Positions 1 to 12,451 are shown, counted from the stretch's first letter. The stretch is 64,000 bases of DNA from an uncultured Verrucomicrobiae bacterium (GCA_963812605.1 CAWEWF010000002.1:125120-189119); one strand, 5' to 3'. Numbers and translations: made by a program. The notes: generated by a model from the sequence alone, not told the origin.

Positions 1-430
1 TCGTCAACGCCTCTTCGCCGCTGTCCGGCTGGCTAATCAACAAATCATCAAGATTCACGCCGATGCGCCTGGCATACGAGGGATCCACCGCGTGTTCGGC
101 ATCTACGAACGCCGCCAGCCCGCCCGCGCGCTGGGCGCTGGCGATGACGCTGAGCATCAACGTCGTCTTGCCGCTGCTCTCGGGCCCAAATACCTCGGTA
201 ATACGACCGCGCGGGATACCGCCGACGCCGAGCGCCAAATCGAGCGCAAACGCACCCGTGGGAATGACCGGAATGTCCACGTGCGACATCTCGTCGCCGA
301 GGCGCATGATGGAGCCGCTGCCATATTGCTTCTCGATGGCCGCGAGCGCCGCCTGCAAATTCTTGTCCTTCAGCGCGCCCGCCTTGCCCGCTGCGGATTC
401 TTTTTCCTTGGTTTCAACTTTGGCCGACAT
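1..430 (-). CDS. recA: Recombinase RecA (N-terminal part, runs off the window)
   Basis: Manual minus-strand translation: MSAKVETKE...[14 protein letters not shown]...[28 protein letters not shown]...[10 protein letters not shown]...[11 protein letters not shown]. Confidence 0.97.
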   Translation of the reverse strand, partial: MSAKVETKEKESAAGKAGALKDKNLQAALAAIEKQYGSGSIMRLGDEMSHVDIPVIPTGAFALDLALGVGGIPRGRITEVFGPESSGKTTLMLSVIASAQRAGGLAAFVDAEHAVDPSYARRIGVNLDDLLISQPDSGEEALT

Positions 431-1019
431 CGTGAATCTCCTTTTGGTTGTGCGCTCCCAGAGCGTGTGACGAAAGCTTCATGTACCTCGAACCTTCGGG
501 ATGAAGTTGGCTCTCGAAGAGATGGATGGTCTCCGCCCGCAACGTCCCGAAGCTTGTATCTTTAAGGGAATCGATGGCCCTTGTCAACGCAGCGTCCGGG
601 CGCGGCGATTTGACTCGTCCGAGTGTCAGGTGGCCCGAAAACTCACGGCGTTCGGGCGCAAACCCCAACGGCTGTATAACGTCCTGCACCGCGCGCGCCA
701 GGGCTTGCAGCCTGTTCCCCGTGTCCTCGCACCCGACCCAGACCACGTGCGGGCGCTTTTCATCCGGAAACGCTCCCGCGCTCCGCACCGATAGCTCGAA
801 GGGTTGCTGTTGGGCCGCGACCAACCGCAAGGCTGGCTTGATCTGGTCAACGACCGCTTCCTCAATATTGCCGAGGAATTGCAACGTAAGATGTAGGTTC
901 GCAACCTTGGTCCACGAAATTTTCACGCCCACCAGCGCCTGCTTCAACCGCGCCTGCGTCTCCTCGATGGCAGCGCGCACGTCGTCGGGAATATCGATGG
1001 CAATGAATGTGCGAATCAT
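414..1019 (-). CDS. thpR: RNA 2',3'-cyclic phosphodiesterase (2H family, 2'-5' RNA ligase-like)
   Basis: [11 protein letters not shown] start; two HxT motifs ([14 protein letters not shown]); ATGA overlap with cinA stop. Confidence 0.92.
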   Translation of the reverse strand: MIRTFIAIDIPDDVRAAIEETQARLKQALVGVKISWTKVANLHLTLQFLGNIEEAVVDQIKPALRLVAAQQQPFELSVRSAGAFPDEKRPHVVWVGCEDTGNRLQALARAVQDVIQPLGFAPERREFSGHLTLGRVKSPRPDAALTRAIDSLKDTSFGTLRAETIHLFESQLHPEGSRYMKLSSHALGAHNQKEIHDVGQS

Positions 1020-2239
1020 TTTTTGAGAAGCTCGCGCCGCACGGCATCGAGGGCATACTGCGCGGCGAAGAACTTGAAGGTTTCGCGGTCGAAAGCCAGG
1101 ATGCGACGCTGGATGTCCGTGCCTTTGGGCGTGGCAAAGCCGATGTACACGAGGCCCACGGGCTTTTCCGGCGTGCCGCCCGTCGGCCCGGCAATCCCCG
1201 TCGTACTGATGCCGAAGTCCGCGCCACTGCCAGTGCGGACACCCTCGGCCATTTCCCGCGCGACCTCCTCGCTCACCGCGCCATGCTCCACCAAGGTTTT
1301 CCCGGACACACCGAGCAGCCGGGTCTTCGATTCGTTCGAGTAGGTCACGCAACCATTGATGAAAACCTCACTGGAGCCGCTCACATTCGTGATACGGTTG
1401 GCAATCGTCCCGCCCGTGCATGATTCGGCGACGGCAATTGTTTGGTGGACGGCCGCCAGCATTTTTACCACGACCTCTTCGAGCCGGTCGTCGCCAGTCC
1501 CATAGATATTGTCCGCGAGAGCCATCCGAATTCGTCTCTCAGCTTCATCCGCGATCGATTTGTGATGGGAGATGATCCGCACTTCGACTTCCCCCATCTT
1601 GGCACTATAACCGAGTTCGATGTCCGATAAATCAGCCAGAGCAGGAGCGACCCTTTCTTCCACGATTGACTCGGCAAGCCCGACGACCTTGAACGTGCGG
1701 CAATCGAACTGCGGCTGTGCGCCAAAGTGTTGCTTCAGGACGGGCAGGACGTATTCTTCAAACATCGGTTTGAGCTCTCGCGGAGGACCCGGCAGCAACA
1801 GAACCAGCTTGCCTCCCTCATCGATGGCCAGACCAGGTGCCGTGCCATTGCGATTCGGCAGTACTTGCGCGCCCACGGGCACCAGCGCCTGCACGTAAAT
1901 GGATTCGGGCAGGCGAATCCGCCGGTTGCGAATGCGCTCGGCGATGTGGCTCGCGACCGCTTCGTCACGCACAAGTTTACGCCTCAGCAATTCGGCAACG
2001 ACATCGCGCGTGAAATCGTCCGACGTGGGGCCGAGTCCGCCGGTAATGATCAGGACATCGCTGCGTTGCAATGCCTCCTCGATCGCCGCCCGCATCTCCA
2101 GCCGGTCATCGGCAACGGTGACCTGGCGATCAAGGCGCAAGCCGATGCCGGCAAGTTGGCGGGCAATGTAGCTGAGATGCGAATTGACGGTGAAGCCCAG
2201 CGTCAGCTCGCTGCCGGTGTTAATGAGTTCGACCCTCAC
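1016..2239 (-). CDS. cinA: Competence/damage-inducible protein CinA (MocF-like domain + PncC NMN deamidase)
   Basis: GSELTLG, GGLGPTSDDFTR, AESCTGG, STTGIAGPTGG motifs; upstream of recA; GTG start inferred. Confidence 0.95.
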   Translation of the reverse strand: MRVELINTGSELTLGFTVNSHLSYIARQLAGIGLRLDRQVTVADDRLEMRAAIEEALQRSDVLIITGGLGPTSDDFTRDVVAELLRRKLVRDEAVASHIAERIRNRRIRLPESIYVQALVPVGAQVLPNRNGTAPGLAIDEGGKLVLLLPGPPRELKPMFEEYVLPVLKQHFGAQPQFDCRTFKVVGLAESIVEERVAPALADLSDIELGYSAKMGEVEVRIISHHKSIADEAERRIRMALADNIYGTGDDRLEEVVVKMLAAVHQTIAVAESCTGGTIANRITNVSGSSEVFINGCVTYSNESKTRLLGVSGKTLVEHGAVSEEVAREMAEGVRTGSGADFGISTTGIAGPTGGTPEKPVGLVYIGFATPKGTDIQRRILAFDRETFKFFAAQYALDAVRRELLKK

Positions 2240-2290
2240 GCGAGCGACCCTAACGAAGGGGTCGGGTAAAGTCAAACGACGCGGCGCGCA

Positions 2291-4621
2291 TCACCGGCTC
2301 GGCAACAGTTCCTTCGGGAAGTTTACCGGACGATACTTCGGATCGCTGATGGTGCCGCCGACTTTATACTCCAGAAGAACCTTGAGAACGCTGGAAAGAA
2401 TGTTTATCCCCGGCCAGGCGCGCAGGAATTGCGCCTGTACGCGGAAATCCAATTTGCCGTCAAAGCCAAGCTGGCCACGGCTCGTGGCGGTGAAAGCGCC
2501 GGCGGCAATCTGCATGTCTTCCGTGTTTACAGCCTCGTTCGTGATGGTGAACGAAGCCTGTGCGCGCGTCGCCTTGGTCTTGCCAAGAATCTCCGAGAAG
2601 ATGCCAAACACGGGCGCCTGCCAAAGGACGCCATCGGTCACGTCGAGTTGCCCTTTCCCAACCAACGTACTCAAATCAGTTCCATGTCCACTGATTGTCG
2701 CCTGGCCCGTCAGCAATCCGGTGACGGTGCTCTCGTGTCCCTTCGCCGCCCCCAGCAGGGTGTTAACATCCGCGCGCTCGACGTTGAAATCAAAATTATA
2801 CAAAGGATCGGCATCCGAGAAGACGAACTCGGCATGGCCCCGCAGTTTGCCACTGTAGAAATCCGCATCGAAATCATTGATTTGCATCGTGTTGTTTGTG
2901 AATACGAGGGTGGCCTGCGCCCGGTCGGCGATGAACTTCCAGTATGAGAAACCCTCGTTCACAACGTGCGCGGCCCAAACGGTGGCCCCGGGGTTGTCGA
3001 AATCGATCAGGCCACGCGCGTTCGCATCGGTGCGCGGGCCGAAGCGATAAGGCGCCATCGTCCTCGCGGCCTTCTCCCCAAGCAACCCGGCGATTTCCGA
3101 CGGATTCGCGTGGGCCGCCAGGTCGAAGTTGACGCGATGACGATTGAAGTCGGCAAACAGCGTGCCGTGAACATCGCCCTCCCGCCGCTCCAGCCGCAAA
3201 TCCTGCACATCGAGCCGGCTCTCACGGAGACGCAACCGGGCGGACGCGCTTTCGAGTCCAACGCCGCGATAGCTGCAACGGTGGGTATCAATCTGTGCGT
3301 CATACGCAAACGCATCGGGATCGACAAAATCGCCGCTGACCTTCGCGATAATGTGCGGCGGAGTCTCAAACCATGCCGGCTCGACGATCTGTCGCACGCT
3401 GCTGATCATGAGTGGCAGGAGCTTCGTCGGATCAAGCGTGCTGTCGAGCTCATACGCGAAGTCGCTGCTTTCGATCTGGTATTCGCCATGGCCGTCCAGA
3501 CGACCCTCCGGCGTCACGACTTCCACGTTGTTGAACTTGAACTGCGGACCCCGGTCTTCGAAAGCAAACTTGATCGAGCGAAATTCGACGCCCCGAAAGG
3601 TCAACCCTCCCGTCTCCACCGTGCCGGTCAATTCCGGCAGGCTCCCCGTTTCGGGACTCAGACGGTAGCGCGCCTCGATCTTCGGGTTCACCTCGACCCG
3701 CAGATCGCGCAGCATCGGCCCGGCCTCCTTCATGAACAGCGGGGCAATGGCTGTAGGATCGGTGGTGCTGGTCAACGCCATGTCGAACTGTCCCATGGCG
3801 AGATCGTAACGGCCATGAATGTCGACCTCGCCGCCATAGAGCGAGGCTTCACAACGACGGACTTCGATCGCTCCGTCGCTCATCTCAATATCCACGCCCG
3901 CTGAGACAAGCTGGAGACTGCGATACTGAAGCTGGCTGCCCCGCAGCTTCGCCAGGACATGTCCCGCGAGCGGTTGCGCCAGATCGAGGTCAAAATCCAG
4001 ATCGAGCTGCGGCGGGAGGGTGACCTGGATCTGGTTCAACTCGCGCACCCCTTTGGTCAGGAAAAGAAAGGGCCTGCCACTGGGAACAGCCGCCGCGGCG
4101 GGAGTTGCTGTTGTTGAGGCTGAACGCGGTTTGATGCGTCCCGAGACGTTGAGGCGAATGCCGCAATAAACGCCAGTGAGCCGATCCACCCGAATCGAGC
4201 CGTCATCTTCAAATTTGAAAGTAGCGTAGGCATCGGACGCCGTAAACTTGGCCGGGCCGTTTTCGTCCGGCGGCGTAGGAATCGCGATGACGGCGTTGGC
4301 AATGTGGATGGCGCGGATGGAGGTCTGTTTGTTGAGGAGCCGCCTCAAACTGAACTGCAACTCCAACTCGTCGATCTGGGCCAGCGGCTGATCGGGCGTC
4401 TTCGCATCCGCAAACGTCGCATCCGTGGCCACGACCCCACGGAAGAGATCGAGCCGGATCGAGGTAAACTGGGCGGCGTAGCCCGCCCGTTGCAATTCAC
4501 TTAGAAGAAGCTGCTTAAGAAAATCGGGGAAACCATAGAAGTGCAGATACCCAAGCGACAGTAGTAAAAGAAAAACCGCCAGCAGCAACAAGCGGACAAA
4601 AAGCCTGTACAGGAATTTCAC
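2291..4621 (-). CDS. AsmA-like/DUF3971-type envelope protein
   Basis: N-terminal TM anchor, long beta-rich body, AsmA_2-like C-terminus (EYKVGGTISDPKY). Confidence 0.75.
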   Translation of the reverse strand: MKFLYRLFVRLLLLAVFLLLLSLGYLHFYGFPDFLKQLLLSELQRAGYAAQFTSIRLDLFRGVVATDATFADAKTPDQPLAQIDELELQFSLRRLLNKQTSIRAIHIANAVIAIPTPPDENGPAKFTASDAYATFKFEDDGSIRVDRLTGVYCGIRLNVSGRIKPRSASTTATPAAAAVPSGRPFLFLTKGVRELNQIQVTLPPQLDLDFDLDLAQPLAGHVLAKLRGSQLQYRSLQLVSAGVDIEMSDGAIEVRRCEASLYGGEVDIHGRYDLAMGQFDMALTSTTDPTAIAPLFMKEAGPMLRDLRVEVNPKIEARYRLSPETGSLPELTGTVETGGLTFRGVEFRSIKFAFEDRGPQFKFNNVEVVTPEGRLDGHGEYQIESSDFAYELDSTLDPTKLLPLMISSVRQIVEPAWFETPPHIIAKVSGDFVDPDAFAYDAQIDTHRCSYRGVGLESASARLRLRESRLDVQDLRLERREGDVHGTLFADFNRHRVNFDLAAHANPSEIAGLLGEKAARTMAPYRFGPRTDANARGLIDFDNPGATVWAAHVVNEGFSYWKFIADRAQATLVFTNNTMQINDFDADFYSGKLRGHAEFVFSDADPLYNFDFNVERADVNTLLGAAKGHESTVTGLLTGQATISGHGTDLSTLVGKGQLDVTDGVLWQAPVFGIFSEILGKTKATRAQASFTITNEAVNTEDMQIAAGAFTATSRGQLGFDGKLDFRVQAQFLRAWPGINILSSVLKVLLEYKVGGTISDPKYRPVNFPKELLPSR

Positions 4622-4789
4622 AAGGAGTGATTCTTAATCGCGCCGTCTCGGCCCGTCAACGTGATTCCCCCGCACGTCATGTCGCGCGCCATCAGTATCG
4701 GTCTAAACAGAAAACCACCTTTCCCACCCAATATGCCGTCAGAGCGGCCCCACAATGGCGGCACAGCCACCAAAAAACCATGGCACTTG

Positions 4790-6676
4790 TCACTGCTTGC
4801 CTGGCGCATTTGTCGGCACGGACACGGTGGCTGGCAGGGTGATGACCTGGCTCAGGGGCGGCGCGGTGGTTGACGGTGGAGTGTTCGTCGCGGACAATAC
4901 CGCCGGCGGATTGGACTGCGTGACAACGTCCCGCACCAATGTATTTGCGCGGCTCGTCCAGATCGTGAAAACGAGCGGCGGATCGCTCCAGAAAGCGTAC
5001 TGCCTTTCGGCATCTTGCGACTTGCCAAGCAGGAGAGTGTATGTCTTGTCGCCCACTGTCGCGGTAATTGTCGCCTCGGGTTGGTCGAGCCCATATTCGG
5101 CCAGGTTGTCACGTCCTTCGCGCACAAACTCCTCGGCGGGCAGCCCCGCGAATTCATCAAGCAGGCGCTGGAGCGCATCACTGTCGATCACCCCTTGGAC
5201 CGGCTCCAACAGTTTCCATTTCTTGTCGGCGTCCCGTTGGATGGTAACCTTCCCCGACTTCTTCTCGATCGTCAATTTCGCGATCTGGTCCGGTTTCAAA
5301 TCGGCCAGCGTCCGCGCGCGCAGCGTAAGCCAGTTCGCCGGCAGCCAACCAGCGATGTTGGTCTCCACCCCATAGACGAAGGGCTCATCAACCCGCTTCA
5401 CGAAGCGGACACTATTCGACACATCCAGCGCGCCGACCAGTAATTGCGCCAGCAAGTTTGTTCCCTCACCGCGCAAACTCACGGTCGCCATTGGCGCCGC
5501 CAACCCGTATTTATCCAGATCGGTCGCCACATCCGCGGTGAACTGCCGGGCGTTCAAGCCACCCAGGCGCCTCAACAGTTGCTGCACCGCGGTATCGTCC
5601 GCGACGGCGGACACCGGCGCGGCGATCCGCCAGGTAGCATCGGTGTGCATGAGGGAAATCTTGTCGGTGCCATGCAGCACTTCGATCCCGTGCACATCAC
5701 TCTCCGCTAACGCAAGCACCTGCGCGTCGCGCAAATCGTCGGCTTGAACCGCAAACTTCTGCACAGGGGTGGAAGGCACGGCATAGATCGAATCCGTGCT
5801 CTTGAGTTTTGCATACACCTTGCCCGGGTCGTTGGTCGAGGCGCGGCCAATCTGCAGCGTCTTGCCCGATTCACCCGTCCAGACGGTGATTTCGCGCTCC
5901 GGCTCATCCAACTGGTACGTCGGAATATCCCTCGGACTTTCGCTGACGAAGTCCGCTACGCGCAGGCCGCTCAAATCGGCAAGTAGTTCGCTGACTTTGC
6001 GCGGGTCAGCACGCGCCAGAAGGGGACGGGTCAACGCCCAGCGCGGTTCCGCGTTCGTGGTGATGGCCGATTTTGCCAACTCGATCACTCGGTCGCCGTT
6101 CTTGATCTCGATGCGCGTGGCTGATGCGGGCTGGAAATCGATCACGGTCCGATCCCGCAGGTCGTCCAGTGTGCGGTCGACGCGCTCATAAATCGACTTC
6201 GGCGCCACGAGTACGTTCTGCCTCCCCTGCAACTGGGCATAGACTGCGTCCTTGGTCGGCGTCTCATTGCCGATGAGCAGGACCATGCTGCCCTTTTTGT
6301 TCTGTAGCGTCAGTCGAACGCGCGGATTCTGCAACCCAAAGTCTTTCAGGGTCAAGCCCGCGAGTTCGCTTTTAGTAATCACCCGGTTACGCTCGGCGAA
6401 TTCCAGTTCGTCAAGAATCGAGCTGACAGTGCTGTAATTGGCGCGAACGTCGAGCGGTTGTTTGATTTGCCATTGGTCGCCCGATCTTTCGAGCGTGTAA
6501 ACCTGGTTCGTTAACTCGATCTTCAGGCCAGTGATGTCCTTGGATTGGAAATCGAGGACGCGCTTGTTCCTGGCCGCTAAATCCTGGGTGGAAGTGCCCC
6601 GGTAGTAATCCAGCGCCACCAAGCCGCCAATCACGAGGGCCATCAGAACCAAAACCAATGTCGTGCGCGGTCTCAT
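4790..6676 (-). CDS. DUF4340 domain protein (repeated domains)
   Basis: N-terminal TM; repeated YGLxxP-like and LRDR motifs; follows GldG-like gene. Confidence 0.85.
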   Translation of the reverse strand: MRPRTTLVLVLMALVIGGLVALDYYRGTSTQDLAARNKRVLDFQSKDITGLKIELTNQVYTLERSGDQWQIKQPLDVRANYSTVSSILDELEFAERNRVITKSELAGLTLKDFGLQNPRVRLTLQNKKGSMVLLIGNETPTKDAVYAQLQGRQNVLVAPKSIYERVDRTLDDLRDRTVIDFQPASATRIEIKNGDRVIELAKSAITTNAEPRWALTRPLLARADPRKVSELLADLSGLRVADFVSESPRDIPTYQLDEPEREITVWTGESGKTLQIGRASTNDPGKVYAKLKSTDSIYAVPSTPVQKFAVQADDLRDAQVLALAESDVHGIEVLHGTDKISLMHTDATWRIAAPVSAVADDTAVQQLLRRLGGLNARQFTADVATDLDKYGLAAPMATVSLRGEGTNLLAQLLVGALDVSNSVRFVKRVDEPFVYGVETNIAGWLPANWLTLRARTLADLKPDQIAKLTIEKKSGKVTIQRDADKKWKLLEPVQGVIDSDALQRLLDEFAGLPAEEFVREGRDNLAEYGLDQPEATITATVGDKTYTLLLGKSQDAERQYAFWSDPPLVFTIWTSRANTLVRDVVTQSNPPAVLSATNTPPSTTAPPLSQVITLPATVSVPTNAPGKQ

Positions 6677-8196
6677 TTGCGGCGGCTCACCCACACCACG
6701 ATGCCGATGATCGCCACGAGCAGCGGCAGGCCGCCAATCACCAGTGCATAGACCGCCCGCTGTTGGTTCGGCGACATATCGAGACGGAATTCATCGGGCA
6801 CCTTCGGGCTGACGGCCATCAATTGCTCGCGTTGGAGCAGCCAGTTGAGTGAGTTCATGAAGAAATCGAGATTACCGCCGCCAAGGGTGCTGTTGTCCAC
6901 AAACCGGGAAGTGCCAATGACCACCATGCGCGTCACTCCGATGTCCACGTCCACTCCATGCGGTTTGCTGGTCTCGACCGCGACCGCCAGCGGGAGCGGC
7001 CCGGAAATGTCCGTTGCCGGGTTGAAGGTTGCATGCTCGGTATCCGGATCGGTCTCGCCCCAATAGGCGGGAGCGGCTTTTACCAGCTCGGTGACCCGCG
7101 GCTGGTCCGGCATCCCCCCTTCGGTTTGCGGTACTTGCCGAATCGATCTTGTGTAAGGAAACTCCGTGTTCGTGTCGCTCAACTTTACGGTAATTGGATG
7201 CGCCGCGTAATCGGCGGCCACGGCGTTAACATCCAGCATCTGCGTGCCAAGCAATACTCCCGCCTGGCGCATCGCCAGGTCGTCGTCCACCTGGACGCCC
7301 CACTTCTTGAGAAACGCCTCCAGGCCGGTGGTGGTGTGGGGGTCGAGCATGATCAGCAGCCGGCCTTTGTCTTTCAGGTATTGCTCCAGCGCGTTCAATT
7401 CAGTAGGCGCGAACGCCTGATGCGGACCGGCGATGACCATCGCGCCTGCATCCGTCGGCAACGCCTGCTTTTCAAGCAGGTTCCATTTCTCCACCACGAT
7501 GTTGTCGCGTTTGATGTAGCGCGCGAGTTCCGAATAGCCCTCGCGTTGGTCGAAATCTTCGGGATCCCGTTCGCCGTGGCCCGTGAGAAAATAGACTTTG
7601 GGTGATTCTTCCTCCGTCACGGTCTGGATCGCGGAAAGAAAGAGCCCTTCTCCCTTGAATGCCTTGACGCGGCCTTCGCTCATCTCCGGGTTTCCTGTAT
7701 CGAGATCGACCATTTCATCGAGCCGCACGTATTTGTGGTGCCCGCGGCTGGCAAAAATGACAACGTCGGGAGAATCGAGAGTGTACTCCTTCACGAGCTG
7801 CTGTGCGCGCGCCAGATCGCGTTGTGGATCGACGTACTCCACGTGCAGCTTTTCTTTGCCGTAAAACTGAAACTCCTTCAGCAGGTTGCGCGTATCATCC
7901 AGAATCTTCTCGACGTAATCGCGGTGATCGTTGGGCGGCAGGAAGACAATCACCTCGACCGGGTCCTTCAAACCCGTAAGCACCTGCTTGGTTTTTTCGG
8001 CGAGCTTGTAGTACCCCGCTTTCGTCCAATCAAAGCGCACATAATGCCGCGACGCCAGCCAGTTGACCATGACCACGAGGGCCAGCAGCGCCACGATCTG
8101 CACCAGGACATTGGCGCCAATCACCATCCGCCGTTGGCCCAGCGTCGGGGGCTTGCCATTTTGTGAGGTCTCGCTCGCCACCGCCGTTACCTCCAC
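6673..8196 (-). CDS. GldG-family ABC transporter auxiliary component
   Basis: RFDWTK, YFLTGHGE, NLDFFMNSLNWL motifs; N- and C-terminal TM. Confidence 0.88.
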   Translation of the reverse strand: MEVTAVASETSQNGKPPTLGQRRMVIGANVLVQIVALLALVVMVNWLASRHYVRFDWTKAGYYKLAEKTKQVLTGLKDPVEVIVFLPPNDHRDYVEKILDDTRNLLKEFQFYGKEKLHVEYVDPQRDLARAQQLVKEYTLDSPDVVIFASRGHHKYVRLDEMVDLDTGNPEMSEGRVKAFKGEGLFLSAIQTVTEEESPKVYFLTGHGERDPEDFDQREGYSELARYIKRDNIVVEKWNLLEKQALPTDAGAMVIAGPHQAFAPTELNALEQYLKDKGRLLIMLDPHTTTGLEAFLKKWGVQVDDDLAMRQAGVLLGTQMLDVNAVAADYAAHPITVKLSDTNTEFPYTRSIRQVPQTEGGMPDQPRVTELVKAAPAYWGETDPDTEHATFNPATDISGPLPLAVAVETSKPHGVDVDIGVTRMVVIGTSRFVDNSTLGGGNLDFFMNSLNWLLQREQLMAVSPKVPDEFRLDMSPNQQRAVYALVIGGLPLLVAIIGIVVWVSRRK

Positions 8197-8929
8197 TTCC
8201 TGGATTCGACGAGCCGCGTCGTTATGAATAACGCCAGCACCGTGCCGCTCGCGTAAAGAACCAGCGGCCGCAAGTCGACCACGCCCCGCTGGAAGTCATT
8301 CATCTGTTCGAAGGCCGACAGGAATTCGAAAACTTTCCCGGCGGTCGTACCGCGTGTGAAATAGTACCCGAACCAAATCGCGATCAGGTATAGGAACAGC
8401 AGGGCGAACGCGATCAGGAAGGCCGTCACCTGGTTTCGCGTCATGGCGGACGTCATCAATCCGACCGCGATCAGGAACTGTCCGATCACCACGATCCCCA
8501 GGTAGCCGCTGAAGATCGGGCCGAGATCCAAGGCGGTTTGTCCGACCGAGAAATGCCGCAGGATCACCACGTACAATCCCGTCGCCGCCCACATCAGCGT
8601 GTACAGCGCCACCGCGCCCAACCACTTCGCGAGAACGACTTCGAAATCCGTGACCGGGGCCGTCATCAACATCTCAAGCGTGCCGGCGCGCTTCTCCTCC
8701 GCCAGCAACCGCATGGTGATCGCCGGCACGAGGAACAGTGAAGGCAGCCAAAACCAGCTAAAAAAACCTTCCATCACCGTCATCTGCGTTGACCCGCGCG
8801 AAAGCAACTCGCCCACGATCGAAATAAAGCTGATTCCCATCACCAGCAGGAAAAACAGGATCACGATGTATCCCAGGACGGACGCGAAATACGCGTTCAA
8901 TTCACGTCGCAACAAGGCCGGCACATTCC

Positions 8930-8933
<4 letters not shown>
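8187..8933 (-). CDS. ABC-2 permease (GldF-like)
   Basis: PAITMRLLAEEKRAGTLEMLMTAP; about 6 TM segments. Confidence 0.9.
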
Positions 8934-9919
<986 letters not shown>

Positions 9920-10042
9920 AGCCCAGCCAGAAAGCCTTACCGAAAACTTGCCAATCCCTCCTTTACCTCTTCAATCAGGAAAGCGCCGTAAGTTCTAGCA
10001 TATTGACATAGACGTTGGCAAGCTGCGGAATGTTCAACAGGC

Positions 10043-10073
10043 AAAAGAAAGGACAGGCGTTAAAGCCTGTCCT
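10043..10073 (-). terminator. Intrinsic terminator after the WD40 gene
   Basis: AGGACAGGC-loop-GCCTGTCCT stem followed by TTCTTTT on the minus strand. Confidence 0.7.
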
Positions 10074-10100
10074 CCAGGGTCAAAGTAATGTCGAAGCTGT

Positions 10101-11750
10101 TTACTTCCTGGCCTCTTCCATGAGGGGCCAGACCGCATGCGGCAATTGCCAAATCTTCACCGACCCATCCGCGCTGCTGCTGGCAAGATTGTGACCGTCC
10201 GAGCTGACGGCGACGCCCGTCACCGGCGCGGTATGTCCGCGGAACGTGCGAAATTCCTTCCCCGTATCGAGGTCCCACAATTTAATCGTTCCGTCTTCAC
10301 TCGCGCTGACCGCGAAGCGTCCGTCGGGCGTGAACGCCACGCTCCGCACCGACTGGCTGTGTCCGTCGAACTGTTGGACTTCGCGGCCACTGGCGAGGTT
10401 CCACAGTTTCACCGCCTTGTCCCGGCTGCCGCTCAAACCGAATCGGCCATCGGGACTAAAAGCCACACAGGTCACATTTGCCAGGCCGTTGCGGAAAGAA
10501 CGCACCTCCTGGCCCTTCGCCACATCCCACAGTTTCAGGGAATCATCCTCGCTCCCGCTCAACGAAAAATTTCCATCCGGACTGAACGCCACGCTGGTCA
10601 CCCGCCAGCCGTGTCCGGTGAACGAGCGCACCCGTTCCACTTTCGGCAACGCCCAAAGCTTCACTTGATTGTCGTCGGCTGCGCTCGCGATGAACTTCCC
10701 GTCGGGACTGAACGCCACGCTGGTCACCTTCCAGCCCATGCTCTCGGTCGCCCGCAGTTGGCGGCCCGACGCCACTTCCCAGAGCCGTAACGTGCTGTCA
10801 TTGCTGCCACTCAACGCCAGACTGCCGCCCGGACTGAAGGCCACGCTCGTGACCGCTTCGCGATGCCCGGTGAACGTGCGCAGTTCTTTGCCGCTGGCTG
10901 CGTCCCACAGTTTCACCGTCTGGTCCTCGCCACCGCTGAGAAGAAATTTGCCGTCCGGGCTGTAGGCGACGGCGGTGACAGCGCCCTTGTGTCCCGTAAA
11001 GGTGCGCAACTCGCCGCCGTATTCGACCAAAATCTTCTGGAGAAGTTCCTTGGTTTGCGGCTGGTTTGGATTCATCTTTTCCGCCCGTGCTGCCAGTCGC
11101 GCGGCGGCATCGTAGTTCTTTTGTTGCACCGCTTGCCCCGCCAGCGCGAGCAACGCGGCGGACTCGGCCCGGTCAATTTCGGTTGAAAGCACCCGCGACC
11201 GCGCCGCCTGAGCGATGCCGCGCGCCTGGTCAAATTTTCCCGCGTGCAATGACTCCAGCGTGGCCAACGTCAACGCGCGCAGGACCGCCGGCTGCACGAC
11301 GAGCAGGTCGAGTGCGTGTTGACCTCCCGAGTTCTCACGGCCAAGTTGCAGCTTCCTGTCGCGCGTGTCGCTCGCGGACGCCACCCAGAGATGCTGCCCG
11401 TCACAGGCGACGATGAAGTGCTGGGCGCGGAGTCGATTGATGACCGCTTTTCCGGAATGATCGGTGGCGGAGACCTCCATCCCGTCCACGGGTTTGAGCG
11501 CCTGGAAGAAATCGCGATACCGCGTTTCCGGAATTCCGGCCTGAAGATCTTCACTGGAAGCCAGCGGGACAATGGCCCTGGCGGCGGCCAGTTCATCGAT
11601 GACTTTCACGGGAACACCGGCGACCGACGCGTCGGACGCTTGGAGGCTGATTTCAACCGACCGCGTGGGTTCTTCGACGGTTTGCTGCACGCAACCGAAC
11701 GCACAGAGAACAATCCACGCACAAACGAGTTTCAGGGAATGCTGGCTCAC
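10101..11750 (-). CDS. WD40-repeat protein, probable lipoprotein with helical/TPR-like linker
   Basis: About 7 GH...VAFSPDG...WD repeats; lipobox-like AFGC near residue 20. Confidence 0.9.
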   Translation of the reverse strand: MSQHSLKLVCAWIVLCAFGCVQQTVEEPTRSVEISLQASDASVAGVPVKVIDELAAARAIVPLASSEDLQAGIPETRYRDFFQALKPVDGMEVSATDHSGKAVINRLRAQHFIVACDGQHLWVASASDTRDRKLQLGRENSGGQHALDLLVVQPAVLRALTLATLESLHAGKFDQARGIAQAARSRVLSTEIDRAESAALLALAGQAVQQKNYDAAARLAARAEKMNPNQPQTKELLQKILVEYGGELRTFTGHKGAVTAVAYSPDGKFLLSGGEDQTVKLWDAASGKELRTFTGHREAVTSVAFSPGGSLALSGSNDSTLRLWEVASGRQLRATESMGWKVTSVAFSPDGKFIASAADDNQVKLWALPKVERVRSFTGHGWRVTSVAFSPDGNFSLSGSEDDSLKLWDVAKGQEVRSFRNGLANVTCVAFSPDGRFGLSGSRDKAVKLWNLASGREVQQFDGHSQSVRSVAFTPDGRFAVSASEDGTIKLWDLDTGKEFRTFRGHTAPVTGVAVSSDGHNLASSSADGSVKIWQLPHAVWPLMEEARK

Positions 11751-11809
11751 TCCATATTGATTAGCAGCGAATATGCCAGCCCGACCCGCAAATGCAGGAT
11801 TATGTTGGC

Positions 11810-12451
11810 TTATCTGTCCACGCCGCCGGGATTCTCGGTCGCCGCTTCCCAGAATTGAAGAAATTCGCGGGCTTGTGCAGAATTGTGCAGGCTGGCGAAC
11901 TTCGCGACCTGCCGACCCACCGCCTTTAATCGCCTCTCAACCGCCTCGTCCTTGCAGTTGCCTTCGTCGTCAAAGACCCCATTCACATTCGCGAGGGCCG
12001 CCTGCTCGGGCACCACCCACGCATGCAACGCGCGTCCGACACTCCGCAGCGCGCTGAGGGCGCCGAACGCGCCCATGTTGCCGCCCGAGACACCGACGAG
12101 CCCGATCATCTTGCCCTCGAACTCGTCAAAGCCCATCAAGTCGAGGGCGTTCTTCAGCACGCCACTATAGCCGCCATGGTACTCGGGCGTGGCGAGCAGG
12201 ATGCCCTGGGCACGCTTCACGTCCTCGCACAAGCGCACCACATCCTTTGGCAGATTGTCGCCGCTGTCGCCGCCGTCACAAAAGACGAGTTGGTAATCGC
12301 GCAGATCGATCAGGTGCGTCTCCGCTCCCGCTTCCTCCGCGCCGCGCAACGCCACTTTTAGCGCCAGCCGCGTGTAACTCTTCTGGCGCAAACTGCCGCA
12401 AATGCCTACGACACGAACTTTACTACCACCAAGTTTGTGCTGTTCACTCAC
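11810..12451 (-). CDS. NADPH-dependent FMN reductase
   Basis: GICGSLR, ATPEYHGGYSGVLKNALD motifs. Confidence 0.92.
   Translation of the reverse strand: MSEQHKLGGSKVRVVGICGSLRQKSYTRLALKVALRGAEEAGAETHLIDLRDYQLVFCDGGDSGDNLPKDVVRLCEDVKRAQGILLATPEYHGGYSGVLKNALDLMGFDEFEGKMIGLVGVSGGNMGAFGALSALRSVGRALHAWVVPEQAALANVNGVFDDEGNCKDEAVERRLKAVGRQVAKFASLHNSAQAREFLQFWEAATENPGGVDR

Noticed and set aside
10101-11000. Periodic DNA repeats as a possible CRISPR or other array
   Set aside because: They are degenerate WD40 coding repeats in one reading frame.
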